A DNA stretch of 64,000 bases from an uncultured Sphingomonadaceae bacterium (GCA_964245355.1 CAXTMT010000001.1:15895-79894), one strand, 5' to 3'; shown: positions 10,646 to 20,879, numbered from the stretch's first letter. The notes: generated by a model from the letters alone, not told the origin. Made by a program: numbers and translations.

Positions 10646-11106
10646 AATCGTGCCCCACGTTTGGTTGCGGACGCGCACCGTCGCACTCCGTTGCGACGCA
10701 CCGTTCATCGTCGAAACGATATTTCGTTGGGCACCGGGAAAAATCGATACGGCTTTCCGCGCGATTTTATAAAGAGAAAATATCCGAAACAGCGCTATCG
10801 AGGCCGATTGCACTAACAAGCATCAACTGACTGCGGATATGCACAGCTACTCGGCGAAATCGACGACAGTTTGGCCTGAAATCCAAGCGTGCCGGCATTG
10901 TTTCCGCCGTAATGTGTCCTTTTAGCTACATTTTGCGGATGTCGGGTGTCAGTGATGCGATCGCTCGCCGGTCGTCGGCATCGCGGAATTTGCGTCGGCT
11001 ATTTTTTTTCTATGAAAACCATTGTGATTGGGCATCGAAGAGATATGCGGCGACTGGCTATGCTGAAGCATTGCGCGACATCAATTCGCTCATCGCGAGG
11101 CAATCA

Positions 11107-11721
11107 ATGGACATCGCGACACACAATAAGGCTGCCGATGCGTTCGCAGGAAAGGCCAGAACGACGGAGTTCTCGTTTTTGCCGATCAGCCTGATGACGC
11201 AATGCCGCAGCCTGATCGAAAGTTATCACGAACTCCACGGATACGCCTGCCTGCCGGATCTGTTGTGGAAGTCCCGGCTCGGACCCCTCATCGAAGCACA
11301 CCAGGAATTGGAGCGTCTCCTCAAAAAAGCGACGACCACACGGAGCGCAAAAAAATCTCACGATTGCTTTGTGCGGATAACGCAGACGATATTGTCGCTT
11401 GAGATCCTGGCGAGCAGCTTCGCCGGCTGGAGCGCCATCTATCCGGATGCCGGCTTACAGGCTCGCGCTATCCTGCAGCAAAATGCGCGCGGCCAGCATA
11501 TGCACCTGCTGGACTTCTATCTGTATCAGCCCAAGCAGCTCAGTTTCGCGGCGGTCGCCGCCCTGGTTCCGCCCGCAACCCGGCAGCCTGTCGATGCGAC
11601 CTCGGGTTGGAAGCCGCCGCCCGGACCCGCCGGTGAAAAGCAGGCGTTCAACTACGTCAGTGCAGTTCTCCCTGCGCAGGATGCTGGTTGGCCGCGCTCC
11701 GCGGTGGTGCCGTCAGCCTGA
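11107..11721 (+). CDS. Hypothetical protein
   Basis: ~205 aa, helical-looking, protein-like composition; ORF open from 10912, ATG 11107 has a GAGG upstream. Confidence 0.6.
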   Translation: MDIATHNKAADAFAGKARTTEFSFLPISLMTQCRSLIESYHELHGYACLPDLLWKSRLGPLIEAHQELERLLKKATTTRSAKKSHDCFVRITQTILSLEILASSFAGWSAIYPDAGLQARAILQQNARGQHMHLLDFYLYQPKQLSFAAVAALVPPATRQPVDATSGWKPPPGPAGEKQAFNYVSAVLPAQDAGWPRSAVVPSA

Positions 11722-12123
11722 CCGCGTGAAGCTCGCTGTCGGCGCGGAACGCGGCTGCGGCACTCACCCCGTCGGGCACCACTATATTAAAATGCATGAG
11801 CCGCTTGGCAGATGGTGCCTACGTCGGGTGATCGACATTCGATTGCAGTATAATTTTTATATTTCTGGACGGCGCAAAGCACATAGATTTATTACGAGGG
11901 TCTGAGCGATGCTGGCGACGGCATTGCGGCGGGCAACTGCGGTTCTGCGGGGGAGTCGTCGCTCAATGGTGATGAGCTTGACCTTACCGAGGCTGGAATG
12001 CGTTGGTCGGGATCAATCGGGGTAACTTTCTCGACGAAAGCAGGCTCCGTGAATTTGAATACGTCGATCGTTCAATGGCTCGCGCACGCCGGCGCGGCGG
12101 CTGTTGGCGTCAGGACCGAAGCG

Positions 12124-13677
12124 ATGTTGCGGAAACGAGAACCGGCTCCGCACGGCGTTGTCATGACAAACGCCTTTCCGCTGCTGCTCTCGCTGGTCTC
12201 GGTCGGGGTTGTGACCGCTGCCCTGCTGCCGTTTGATCGAAGCGTCGCGCTCAGCCTCGTCCCGATCACCTATCTCATACCCATCATCGTCGCAGCTACG
12301 CAATGGGGTACCTGGCCGGCCATCCTGGCATCGGTGGCCGCCACGGCGGCGGCGGATTTCTTCTTCACGCCGCCGGTCAACAGTTTTCGCATCGACGACC
12401 CACGAGAGGCTGTCGATCTGGCGCTGTTTCTCATCGTAGCGCTGGTCATCAGCAATCTCGCATCGCGGTTGAGACGCGAGACGCAAGCGCTTCGCGGGCG
12501 GGAGAGACAGCTTCAGTCTCTGTACGAATTCTCGCGCCTGCTTGCCGCCTGCTTCACCGTTTCCGACTTGATTTCGGCGATTCAGAAGCACCTCTCCCGG
12601 ACTTTGGAACGACAAGCCGTATTTTTTCCGGTCGGGACCGATCGACGTCTCGAGTTGCCCGTTCCGAGTTCAGTGCCAAAGGCGGTGCAGGAGAAGATCG
12701 CATCCATGTACGTGGCCCTCAATATGCCGTCTGCCGCGGTGGTCGACGAGCCGACGCAGCATGTCTGGCTGCTCGAGGCGATGTTTTCGGATACGGCGGT
12801 GCACGGCATTGTTGCCGTCAACATCGGAAGCGGCTCAGGCAAGGCCATCGATGTCAGGAAACGGCACGCCAAAACCGTGCTCGAAGAGGTATCTCTGACA
12901 TTCCAACGTCTCGATATCGAAAAAGCGATCGAAGACGCCCGGTTGCACCTGCAGGCACAATTGTTGAGGGATGCGTTTCACGGGACGCTGTCGCACGAAT
13001 TGTGCACGCCGCTGGCGACCATCCGGGGTTCGGCAAGCGTCCTCGATTCGATCCCTGCCGTTCGGGACAACCGTCGGATGCTCTCGCTGGTGGAAGCGAT
13101 AGCGGATGAAGCCGAAGAACTGGATGGCTTCATTCGAAACCTCCTGAGCGCAACGCGGGTATCGGCTGGCAATATCGTCCCGGTTCTGGAATGGACAGAT
13201 CCGGAAGACATCATCCGTGCGGCGATCAAGCGAAGGGCCCAACGTCTTGCGGCCCACCGCATCGAAATCGAATTTGCGAACGAATTGCCGCTCGTGAGAG
13301 TGGATTCCGGACTGATGGAGGAAGCTTGCGGGCAACTGCTCGAAAATGCCGCCAAATACTCGCCTTCGGGTTCGACGATCTTGGTCCGTATCGTCGATGA
13401 ACAAGGACGGGCCGTCCTTTCGATTTCCGATCAGGGGATCGGCATCACGCCCGACGAGCAAAAGCAGATCGGCAGCAAATCGTTTCGAAGTCCACGCCAT
13501 CAGGCGACGGTTCCGGGATCCGGCCTGGGCTTCTGGATCGCATCCATTTTCGTCAAGGCGAATGGCGGCGCCATCGCGATATCCAGCCGGGGTCATGGGC
13601 AGGGAACAACCGCATCGATCATGCTGCCGGGTGTTCCGACGACGCCTTCCGGACCCGCGGGCCTCGCCGATGAATAA
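12124..13677 (+). CDS. KdpD-like sensor histidine kinase (DUF4118 TM + GAF-like + HisKA + HATPase) lacking N-terminal KdpD/USP domains
   Basis: 4-TM segment with DFFFTPP..SF.I, H-box SHELCTPL, N-box LLENAAKYSP, G1 DQGIGI, G2 GSGLG; start uncertain (11998-12163). Confidence 0.88.
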   Translation: MLRKREPAPHGVVMTNAFPLLLSLVSVGVVTAALLPFDRSVALSLVPITYLIPIIVAATQWGTWPAILASVAATAAADFFFTPPVNSFRIDDPREAVDLALFLIVALVISNLASRLRRETQALRGRERQLQSLYEFSRLLAACFTVSDLISAIQKHLSRTLERQAVFFPVGTDRRLELPVPSSVPKAVQEKIASMYVALNMPSAAVVDEPTQHVWLLEAMFSDTAVHGIVAVNIGSGSGKAIDVRKRHAKTVLEEVSLTFQRLDIEKAIEDARLHLQAQLLRDAFHGTLSHELCTPLATIRGSASVLDSIPAVRDNRRMLSLVEAIADEAEELDGFIRNLLSATRVSAGNIVPVLEWTDPEDIIRAAIKRRAQRLAAHRIEIEFANELPLVRVDSGLMEEACGQLLENAAKYSPSGSTILVRIVDEQGRAVLSISDQGIGITPDEQKQIGSKSFRSPRHQATVPGSGLGFWIASIFVKANGGAIAISSRGHGQGTTASIMLPGVPTTPSGPAGLADE

Positions 13678-14383
13678 ACCCAACAACGTCGTTCTCCTCA
13701 TCGAGGACGAACTGAAAATCAGACGCTTTCTTCGGGCGGGGTTCGAAATCCACGGCTTCTACGTGCTCGAAGCGGAGAATGGCGCGGACGGCTTGAGTTC
13801 CGCAACGTTCAATTCGCCTGATCTCATCATCCTCGATCTTGCTCTGCCAGATTTGCACGGGGCGGAGGTCCTCGAGCGGCTCCGCTCGTGGTCGAACGTC
13901 CCCATCATCATTCTGTCGGTGGTCTCGAACGAGGACGAGAAAGTCCGACTGCTGCAGGCCGGGGCGGACGATTACGTGGTCAAGCCGTTCGGCATGGCCG
14001 AATTGCTGGCGCGCAGCGAGGCTGCACTGCGTCGCTACTTCAAGACCGCAACCGAAAATCCCGTCGTCGTCGCCGGCCCTCTGTCGATCGATCTGGTCAA
14101 TCGAACGGTATCCGTCAATAAAGAACAGATCCGTCTGACGCGGAAGGAATACCGTCTGCTTCATATTCTGGCGACGCATATCGGCCTGGTCGTCACGCAC
14201 GATCATCTGCTGAAGGAAATCTGGAGCGGCAATCAGCGCGAGAATATCCAGTATTTGCGTATCCTGGTCCGCAAGCTGCGGCAGAAGATCGAAGCCGACC
14301 CCAATGCCCCTCATCTGCTCGTGACCGAGTCCGGCGTCGGTTATCGCTTGCAGCAGCGGCTCGAGACCAATTCGGCGGAGTAA
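13670..14383 (+). CDS. kdpE: KdpE-like OmpR-family response regulator
   Basis: LIEDE..IRRFL, DLIILDLALPD, GADDYVVKPF, YLRILVRKLRQKIEADP..P.LLVTESGVGYR; overlaps kinase stop. Confidence 0.9.
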   Translation: MNKPNNVVLLIEDELKIRRFLRAGFEIHGFYVLEAENGADGLSSATFNSPDLIILDLALPDLHGAEVLERLRSWSNVPIIILSVVSNEDEKVRLLQAGADDYVVKPFGMAELLARSEAALRRYFKTATENPVVVAGPLSIDLVNRTVSVNKEQIRLTRKEYRLLHILATHIGLVVTHDHLLKEIWSGNQRENIQYLRILVRKLRQKIEADPNAPHLLVTESGVGYRLQQRLETNSAE

Positions 14384-14631
14384 CCATCCCGCGGCGCGCG
14401 CGAATTGCAGAACCGGCAATTTGAGTTTGTCACGCGATGGAAACGGCGTGTGTCGGCTATTATTTATATATTTTCTTGAACGTCTTTCGATGCCGCAGGC
14501 ATGCAACGCCTCGCTGAAAAGAGCATTCCGGATCGTCGTACGACGCAGTTCGCAGTCGCACATGTTTCACATCCGATCTAAAATCGCGGGATCGTAATTC
14601 ACGATGGGCCGGCAGCCACGCAGGGGATGAC

Positions 14632-15396
14632 ATGCGACACCAGATCATATGGGCTTTCGCTGCAGGTATTTCATTGGCTCTGAGTGTGACCGGTGCCGCC
14701 GACGCCGCGGATATGGCGGTGAAGGCTCCGGTCGTCGCGCCGATCATCGCCACACCGTGGAGCGGATGCTACATCGGCGGCAATATCGGTGGCGGGTGGA
14801 CCAGGATCGACACGACGCGGGTGCAATCGGACCTGATCGGACCGGATTTTGCGAATTACGGCCGTGAAAAGGACAGCGGCTTTGTCGGCGGCGGCCAGAT
14901 CGGCTGCGACTTTCAGACCGGAAATCTGGTGGTCGGCGTGCAGGGCATGTTCGACTGGGCCAACATCAACGGTCGGCATTTCCTGACAGACTTCCCGACG
15001 TTTTCGGAGACCAACAATCTCCGGTCGATCATCACAGGAACAGGCCGCGCCGGCTGGCTGTGGACCCCGGCGCTGCTCGGCTACGTGAAGGGCGGCGTTG
15101 CTTGGGCAAACAATCGCAATCAGGTGTTCACGCCGGGCGGTACCTTGATCGAGTCTTCCAGCTTCACGGTTCCCGGAATGACGATCGGCGGCGGCTTTGA
15201 ATGGATGTTTGCGCCAAGCTGGTCGGTTTTCGCCGAGTACAATTATTTGTGGTTTCTGAACGATACCGCGACTCACATGGACCCCACTCCCGGCTTCGTC
15301 GGCGAAGTGCTCAACGTGCGCCAGCGTGCGCAAACCGCTTTGGTCGGCATTAACTACAAGTTTCACTGGGAAGGACCGGTAGTCGCGAAATACTGA
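14632..15396 (+). CDS. Omp25/RopB-family outer membrane protein
   Basis: Signal peptide, AADMAVKAP, WSGCYIGGNIG, FAEYNY, GPVVAKY. Confidence 0.9.
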   Translation: MRHQIIWAFAAGISLALSVTGAADAADMAVKAPVVAPIIATPWSGCYIGGNIGGGWTRIDTTRVQSDLIGPDFANYGREKDSGFVGGGQIGCDFQTGNLVVGVQGMFDWANINGRHFLTDFPTFSETNNLRSIITGTGRAGWLWTPALLGYVKGGVAWANNRNQVFTPGGTLIESSSFTVPGMTIGGGFEWMFAPSWSVFAEYNYLWFLNDTATHMDPTPGFVGEVLNVRQRAQTALVGINYKFHWEGPVVAKY

Positions 15397-15423
15397 TCCT
15401 CCCCTTATCCCGGCGAGCGTCTG

Positions 15424-15448
15424 AGCCCCGGTGTTGCCGGGGCTTTTT
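15424..15448 (+). terminator. Rho-independent terminator
   Basis: AGCCCCGG-TGTTG-CCGGGGCT followed by TTTT just after the OMP stop. Confidence 0.85.
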
Positions 15449-15651
15449 CGTGACCGCCCATGCCGCCGGCTATGCGACCTTTATGAGATCACAGCCGGGC
15501 CGGCCTCGATTTATTATCCGGTCCGGACGATATTGCGGCGGACGTTCCAAGCTGCTTCTGCCGAGACCATCCCATCACGTGCAAGCGGTCAATCAGCGAC
15601 GGGACTGTCGATCATATCGGCGCATCTGATCTTTTGTGAAGGAATACCAAC

Positions 15652-15909
15652 GTGAAGCTCGTCGAACCTCCGTCGTGTAGCACCTCGAACAGCATCGTCT
15701 TCATCGGCAAAAACGGCCGTGGCAACTGGGTCGCCCAGGAACAGAACGGCCTTTATGGCGGGTTGTTCGTCAATCGCGCGCAAGCGGTCAAATATGCGCT
15801 CGTCGAGAACGGCCATCACTCCGAGACCATCATCGAACTGCCGCTTGTCGAACTCGACATGGGCGGCCGGCTCCCGATCGGGGCTGCGGACGCAAGGCGA
15901 GCAGCGTGA
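15652..15909 (+). CDS. Small conserved hypothetical protein
   Basis: FIGKNGRGNWVAQEQNGLYGGLFVNRAQAVKYAL, recognised from memory as a Bradyrhizobiaceae small protein; AAGGA RBS, GTG start. Confidence 0.7.
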   Translation: MKLVEPPSCSTSNSIVFIGKNGRGNWVAQEQNGLYGGLFVNRAQAVKYALVENGHHSETIIELPLVELDMGGRLPIGAADARRAA

Positions 15910-15925
15910 CGATCTTCTGCGCACC

Positions 15926-16029
15926 TTGAGCGCGATGACTTCTCTTCGATTCGTCATCCCGCTTTATCCTTAATGTTTGAGCGTGATCCTTTCGGAAAAC
16001 CGGGTCCCACTTTTCCGGATCATGCTCTA
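15926..16029 (+). repeat. ~100-bp alphaproteobacterial palindromic intergenic repeat (RIME/CIR-like), copy 1
   Basis: Left arm GAGCGCGATGAC..GATTCGTCATCCCGCT, right arm GAGCGTGATC..CGGAAAACCGG..CCCACTTTTCCGGATCATGCTCTA; near-identical to 22964-23067. Confidence 0.85.
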
Positions 16030-16057
16030 GCAGGTGACCGGGTCGAACGGCTGAGCC

Positions 16058-17080
16058 TCAACGGTATTCTTCACGCAGAATCGCCGCGGCCTGCACCATC
16101 GACGATAATTTCCCCTGCGCGACATGACGTGGCAGATACTTCATGCCGCAATCGGGCGCGAGGACGACCCGCTCTTTTGCGATGAAGGGCAATGCCTTTC
16201 GCACGCGTTGCGCGATCACGTCCGGCGTCTCGACATTCATATCCGACAGGTCGACGCAGCCGACCATGATCTGTTTGTCGGAAAGGTCGGCCAGAACGGA
16301 GCAGTCGAGATTGGACTGGGCCGTTTCGATCGAGATCTGCTGACAGGAGCATTGCGCGAGTTCCGACAAGAACGAGTATCCGCTCGGCCGCGCATGGATG
16401 ACGGCGGCATATCCGAAGCAGATATGAACAGCGGTCACTCCCTTGACGCCTTCAAGAGCACGGTTGAGCGCCTTCAAACCATATTCCCTGGCCTTTTCCG
16501 GCCGGGCTTGCAGATATGGCTCGTCGATCTGCACGATATCGGCACCGGCTGCGAACAGGTCCCGAATCTCCTCGCCGACCGCGATCGCGTAGTCCGTCGC
16601 CGCTTCCGATTCGGTGGCGTAGAAATCATTTTGTGCCTGCTGCGCCATGGTGAACGGCCCGGGCACCGTGATCTTGACCTTGCGGTCGGTATGTCGCTTG
16701 AGGAACCGGAGGTCCTCCACTTCGACCGCGTGCCGGCGTCGGATCGGCCCTACGATTCGTGGCACCGGATTGGGATGACCGGACCGATCCAGAGCCGTGC
16801 CGGGATTGTCGAGATCGACGCCGTCCAGAGCGGTGGCGAAGCGATTGGAATAGCTCTCCCGGCGTATTTCTCCGTCAGTGACGATGTCCAGGCCGGCTTG
16901 CTCCTGCGCACGAATAGCCAGAAGCGTTGCATCCTCCCAGGCTTCCTGCAGATAGGGCTCCGGCACGCGCCACAACTCTTTCGCCCTGACGCGCGGCGGA
17001 AACCGGCCGGCGAGCTTTTCTCGATCTATCAGCCATTCAGGCTGCGGATAACTCCCAACGATCGTCGTCGGAAAAAGCAT
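16058..17080 (-). CDS. Core (C-terminal-barrel-only) MetE-family zinc enzyme
   Basis: PTTIVGSYPQP, DIVTDGEIRRESY, QIDEP, Zn ligands VHICFG and PDCG; 340 aa, no N-terminal barrel; AGGAG RBS. Confidence 0.85.
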   Translation of the reverse strand: MLFPTTIVGSYPQPEWLIDREKLAGRFPPRVRAKELWRVPEPYLQEAWEDATLLAIRAQEQAGLDIVTDGEIRRESYSNRFATALDGVDLDNPGTALDRSGHPNPVPRIVGPIRRRHAVEVEDLRFLKRHTDRKVKITVPGPFTMAQQAQNDFYATESEAATDYAIAVGEEIRDLFAAGADIVQIDEPYLQARPEKAREYGLKALNRALEGVKGVTAVHICFGYAAVIHARPSGYSFLSELAQCSCQQISIETAQSNLDCSVLADLSDKQIMVGCVDLSDMNVETPDVIAQRVRKALPFIAKERVVLAPDCGMKYLPRHVAQGKLSSMVQAAAILREEYR

Positions 17081-17170
17081 GGCTGCTCCTGGTTTGTAAG
17101 CACGGGTGAAAGGTTTGAGTTCCGCCGGCAATTGCCGATCCTGTCGCGGCCGGCCGGGCGCACGCTCCGG

Positions 17171-17413
17171 TCAAGGTTCGTCAGACGGACTCAGCCGCAC
17201 ACCCGGCGTCGGATCGCCGATAAATTGAATCCCGGCGCGTTCGAATGCCACGCGAATTTTTTCAACCGTCCGTTGATGAGCGCCGACCGTTTCGTTCAGT
17301 CCTTCAAGCCGGCGCACGGTTGAAACAGCCACGCCTGAACTTCGCGCAAGCTGCTGCTGCTCCCACCCGATCAAGGATCTGGCTGCCTTTATCTGACGTG
17401 TGATCACTAGCAT
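17171..17413 (-). CDS. XRE-family HTH protein
   Basis: ITRQIKAARSLIGWEQQQLA..SGVAVSTVRRLE...AFERAGIQF. Confidence 0.85.
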   Translation of the reverse strand: MLVITRQIKAARSLIGWEQQQLARSSGVAVSTVRRLEGLNETVGAHQRTVEKIRVAFERAGIQFIGDPTPGVRLSPSDEP

Positions 17414-17466
17414 CGCACTGACCTGGGCTGTTGGCGCGCGGCGACCGGAGAATCGGCCTCTTGCCG

Positions 17467-18891
17467 TCAACTACGCGTCATTGAGACCGACGGGGCTATC
17501 GACGGTTCCCTGATGACGGGAACGGCCGTTTCGTCAAGCTGATAACCGGCAAATCGCCGAACGCACAGCATCGCCAGAATTCCTGCCGCGAACGCTCCCA
17601 ACACCAGCGCGGCTGCAGGCGCATAGAATAGCTCGCGCGTCGAGACACTCATCCCGAGCAGGCCGCCTCCGACGATCGGTGCCGCAATCGATCCGATCCT
17701 TCCGAACGCTTGAGCCCATCCTGCGCCGATTGCGCGAACCTGCGTCGGATAGATCATGACCAGAGTGGCGTTGATGCCGAATTGATTTCCGTACACGCAG
17801 AAGCCGGCGCCGGCGATGATTGCCCCGATCAGTTCGGGCGGAAGGTTCGGGATGCCTATGGAGGCGATGAGTGGAATGCCGAGGATGAAGAAACCCACGA
17901 TCGGCAACACTCCCAGCCTGTCAATCAGGAGGGTGAAGACCACGCCACCGGCCAACCCGCCGAGCGAAAACATCGAAGCGGTGACCCCGGCCTGCGCGGT
18001 GCTTAGTCCCGCGGACTGGAGGAGGGTTGGAAGCCAGGTGATCGTGAAGAAGTTGGCAAACTGATTGGTCGCTAGAGCTATCCATAGCGTGGGCGTGATG
18101 AGCGCGAGCCCGGACTTAAAAAGTTGTACCGGCGAAGACCCGCCGTCGGCGGTCCCCGCCGGAACCTCGGTCGTGAACCGGGTCTTCGCATCGATGACGA
18201 TGTCCGGCCGGAGCGCGCGGGCCATTCTGGTGACTTCGCCGTCGTGTCCGCCCTCCTGCACCAGGAACTTCAGCGACTCAGAAATGGTGAGCTGCACCGC
18301 AAGCGCGACGCCGAGCGGCAGCAATCCTCCGATCAAGAGCAGCACGGGCCAGCCGTATTGCGGCACGAGCGCTGCCGCGGCAAAGCCGGGCAGTGCCAAT
18401 CCGGCAGGAACCCCGAACAGCACGATCACGGCAAAGCGACCGCGCAAGCGCTTTGGCGCCACCTCCGCCGCCAGAGCCAGCACGTTCGGAATCATGCCTC
18501 CGAGACCGATCCCCGTCAGGAAGCGCAGCACGACCAATTGCCCGAGCGTTGTCACCATCGTCGTGGCCAAAGTGAGCAGGCCGTAGATGCACAGTCCGAT
18601 GATGATCGCCTTTTTCCTGCCCAAGCGATCTCCGGCCCAACCAAGCAGCGGGCCTCCGACAAAGAGCCCGACGACACCCGCGGTCAACGCGATGGTGAAT
18701 GCCTTCGGCGCGATGCCCCACTGCTTGACCAGCTCGGGCACGACGTATCCGATGACCGCAAGATCGAACCCGTCGCCGACCATCGCCAGCGTGGCGACCA
18801 CCAGAAAAACGATCGAGGACCGCTGCACCGACTGACCGTCGATCAGATCGTTCACATCCATCGCAGATGCAGCCGAGTTCAATTCCGCCAT
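17467..18891 (-). CDS. MFS aromatic acid:H+ symporter (PcaK/BenK-like)
   Basis: DGFD in TM1, GWAGDRLGRK, RFLTGIGLGG, YPT.VRA.G.GW. Confidence 0.9.
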   Translation of the reverse strand: MAELNSAASAMDVNDLIDGQSVQRSSIVFLVVATLAMVGDGFDLAVIGYVVPELVKQWGIAPKAFTIALTAGVVGLFVGGPLLGWAGDRLGRKKAIIIGLCIYGLLTLATTMVTTLGQLVVLRFLTGIGLGGMIPNVLALAAEVAPKRLRGRFAVIVLFGVPAGLALPGFAAAALVPQYGWPVLLLIGGLLPLGVALAVQLTISESLKFLVQEGGHDGEVTRMARALRPDIVIDAKTRFTTEVPAGTADGGSSPVQLFKSGLALITPTLWIALATNQFANFFTITWLPTLLQSAGLSTAQAGVTASMFSLGGLAGGVVFTLLIDRLGVLPIVGFFILGIPLIASIGIPNLPPELIGAIIAGAGFCVYGNQFGINATLVMIYPTQVRAIGAGWAQAFGRIGSIAAPIVGGGLLGMSVSTRELFYAPAAALVLGAFAAGILAMLCVRRFAGYQLDETAVPVIREPSIAPSVSMTRS

Positions 18892-18999
18892 GGTCGCCGT
18901 CCCCTGATTGCGGTTATATTTTACAAATCAATGCGTGAAGCCGTTCCGGAAACCGATCTGCCGGATAACCCCCGGGGAGCATCCGGCTCGAAGCAGGCG

Positions 19000-20733
19000 T
19001 CATGCGCTTTGCCTCCGGCATTCCTCGGCCAGCTTTTCGGCGATCATGGCGCGCATCATCGCCTTGTCCGCTTTGCCTACCTTCGTAAGAGGAAAAGCGT
19101 CGACGGTTTCGATGCGCTCGGGAATTTTGTATTTTGCGACGCCGAGCGCCTGCATGAATTCCCCGAGCCCGGCCAGAGTCGGCGCGGACCGGCCGGCATG
19201 CATGATCAGGTACGCGCAGGCTTTCTCGCCATAGAACGGATCCGGCATCGAGACGACCCGCACGTCGGCGACGTCGGGATGCTGCACGATGAGGTTTTCA
19301 ACCTCTTCGGCTCCGATCTTTTCACCTCCGCGATTGATGTTGTCCTTGATGCGGCCTTCGAATGAGTAACAGGTAAGCCCGTCTACGACATGTGCACGCA
19401 TGAGATCGCCGGAGCGAAAGTAACCGTCCGGCGTGAACGAGGTCGAAGTGGCGGCTTCATCGGCAAAATAATTCGTCAGCGTGTTCGGTCCGCGAAAGCA
19501 GAGTTCGCCGACCTCTCCGAACGCGACTTCGCTCTCTTCCCCCGGGACCAGCAACCGCACGTCGTCGCCCGGCGAAACCGGGTAACCGACGGTGTTGTGA
19601 CGGATAGCGCGAGATCGCGTCGGCTCTGCGGCAAAGACCATTCCTTCCGTCATCCCGAACATCTGTCCGACGGGAACGCCGACGTGGCACTCCACCGCGT
19701 CAGCTCGCGTGAGGGAAAAGAACTGCCTGAGCGTCGAGATGTTGTAGCGCTCCAGATCGGTCACTTCGAGAAGCTTTGCCGCGATCGGGCCGATGCTTCC
19801 GCTGAAGGTGACGCCGTGCCGTTCGATGAGACGAAGCATCTCCGCAATGTCGATGCGGGGCTGCAGAACGAGCGTTCGTCCGTCGAGCCCAACCGGAAGA
19901 ACGGCAAAGAGAGTTCCAGCGTTGTGTATCAGCGGGAGGGCCCAAAGAGTGACATCGTCGGATGTAAGTTGATATCTGGCTGCCAATTCGCGGGCGGCTC
20001 CCAAATATTCTCCATGCATTCTTGGAATGATCTTGGGCAGGTTCGTCGAACCTCCCGATAGCTGAAACACCGCGACATCGGAACCGCCCGGCTGAACTTC
20101 CGCCGTCCTTTTCCTCGCCTGTTCGAAGGTTAACGCTTGTGCCAAGCGGTCAAGCGATCCGGCGCCGGCATGCCGATCCCGGACAACGACAACATGTTTG
20201 AGGTCAGGTATGGCGGCAGTCAGGGCCGAGGTGAGGTTTCGCTGGTCCGAACGCGCGTCGATATCCGCTTGAACAAAGATAGCCTTCGCTTTGGTGATCT
20301 CGGCGAAATGTTTCATTTCCGCAAACCGGAATTGCGGAAGCGTACAGACCGGAATAACCCCCGATTTCATGCAGCCGTAAAAAGCGGTGAAGAAATCCTT
20401 GGTGGTCGCGAGTTGAAAGAGCGCCCGGTCTCCGGGACTCAGCCCCATCTCGAGCAGGCTGGCCGCGACGGATTCGCTTATGCTATCGAGCTCCGCAAAT
20501 GTTATCGCCCCGTCCGGGTCGACCAGCGCGGCTTTGTTCGGAACCGCCTTCGCGGTGGCGCGCAGACTGTCGCCTATCGTGAGGTCCAGCCAACTGCCGT
20601 TCGCAACTTGATCAGCGGCATACTCCGCCGAACGGTAGCGGATGCCGTCGATCGGGTACCGCGGTGCCAATCGTGCGACAATTTGGCTTTCAGGCTGCAA
20701 ATCCGCCCGCACGCGAAACTCCCTCATTTTCAA
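19000..20733 (-). CDS. DhbE/EntE-like aryl-acid adenylating enzyme (probable aryl-CoA ligase)
   Basis: QLSGGSTNLPKII, LIHNA, GQMFGMTEG, YFRSGDL, GRIKDNINRGGEKI, VGKADK. Confidence 0.88.
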   Translation of the reverse strand: MKMREFRVRADLQPESQIVARLAPRYPIDGIRYRSAEYAADQVANGSWLDLTIGDSLRATAKAVPNKAALVDPDGAITFAELDSISESVAASLLEMGLSPGDRALFQLATTKDFFTAFYGCMKSGVIPVCTLPQFRFAEMKHFAEITKAKAIFVQADIDARSDQRNLTSALTAAIPDLKHVVVVRDRHAGAGSLDRLAQALTFEQARKRTAEVQPGGSDVAVFQLSGGSTNLPKIIPRMHGEYLGAARELAARYQLTSDDVTLWALPLIHNAGTLFAVLPVGLDGRTLVLQPRIDIAEMLRLIERHGVTFSGSIGPIAAKLLEVTDLERYNISTLRQFFSLTRADAVECHVGVPVGQMFGMTEGMVFAAEPTRSRAIRHNTVGYPVSPGDDVRLLVPGEESEVAFGEVGELCFRGPNTLTNYFADEAATSTSFTPDGYFRSGDLMRAHVVDGLTCYSFEGRIKDNINRGGEKIGAEEVENLIVQHPDVADVRVVSMPDPFYGEKACAYLIMHAGRSAPTLAGLGEFMQALGVAKYKIPERIETVDAFPLTKVGKADKAMMRAMIAEKLAEECRRQSA

Positions 20734-20879
20734 ACGGGTTGATCCCGCTTTTCATTGCGACGGTAACGTCGGATTTTCTACGATACCGTCGGAGTATTCG
20801 TCAACGCCTTTCATGTTGTCTCATCAAAAAACATCGATAGTGTCGAAATATCGACAAATACGTTGAAGGGGTAGCCGGC

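Noticed and set aside
19000-20733. Siderophore biosynthesis (entE/dhbE)
   Set aside because: No isochorismate synthase, aryl carrier protein, NRPS or TonB receptor nearby; context is catabolic.
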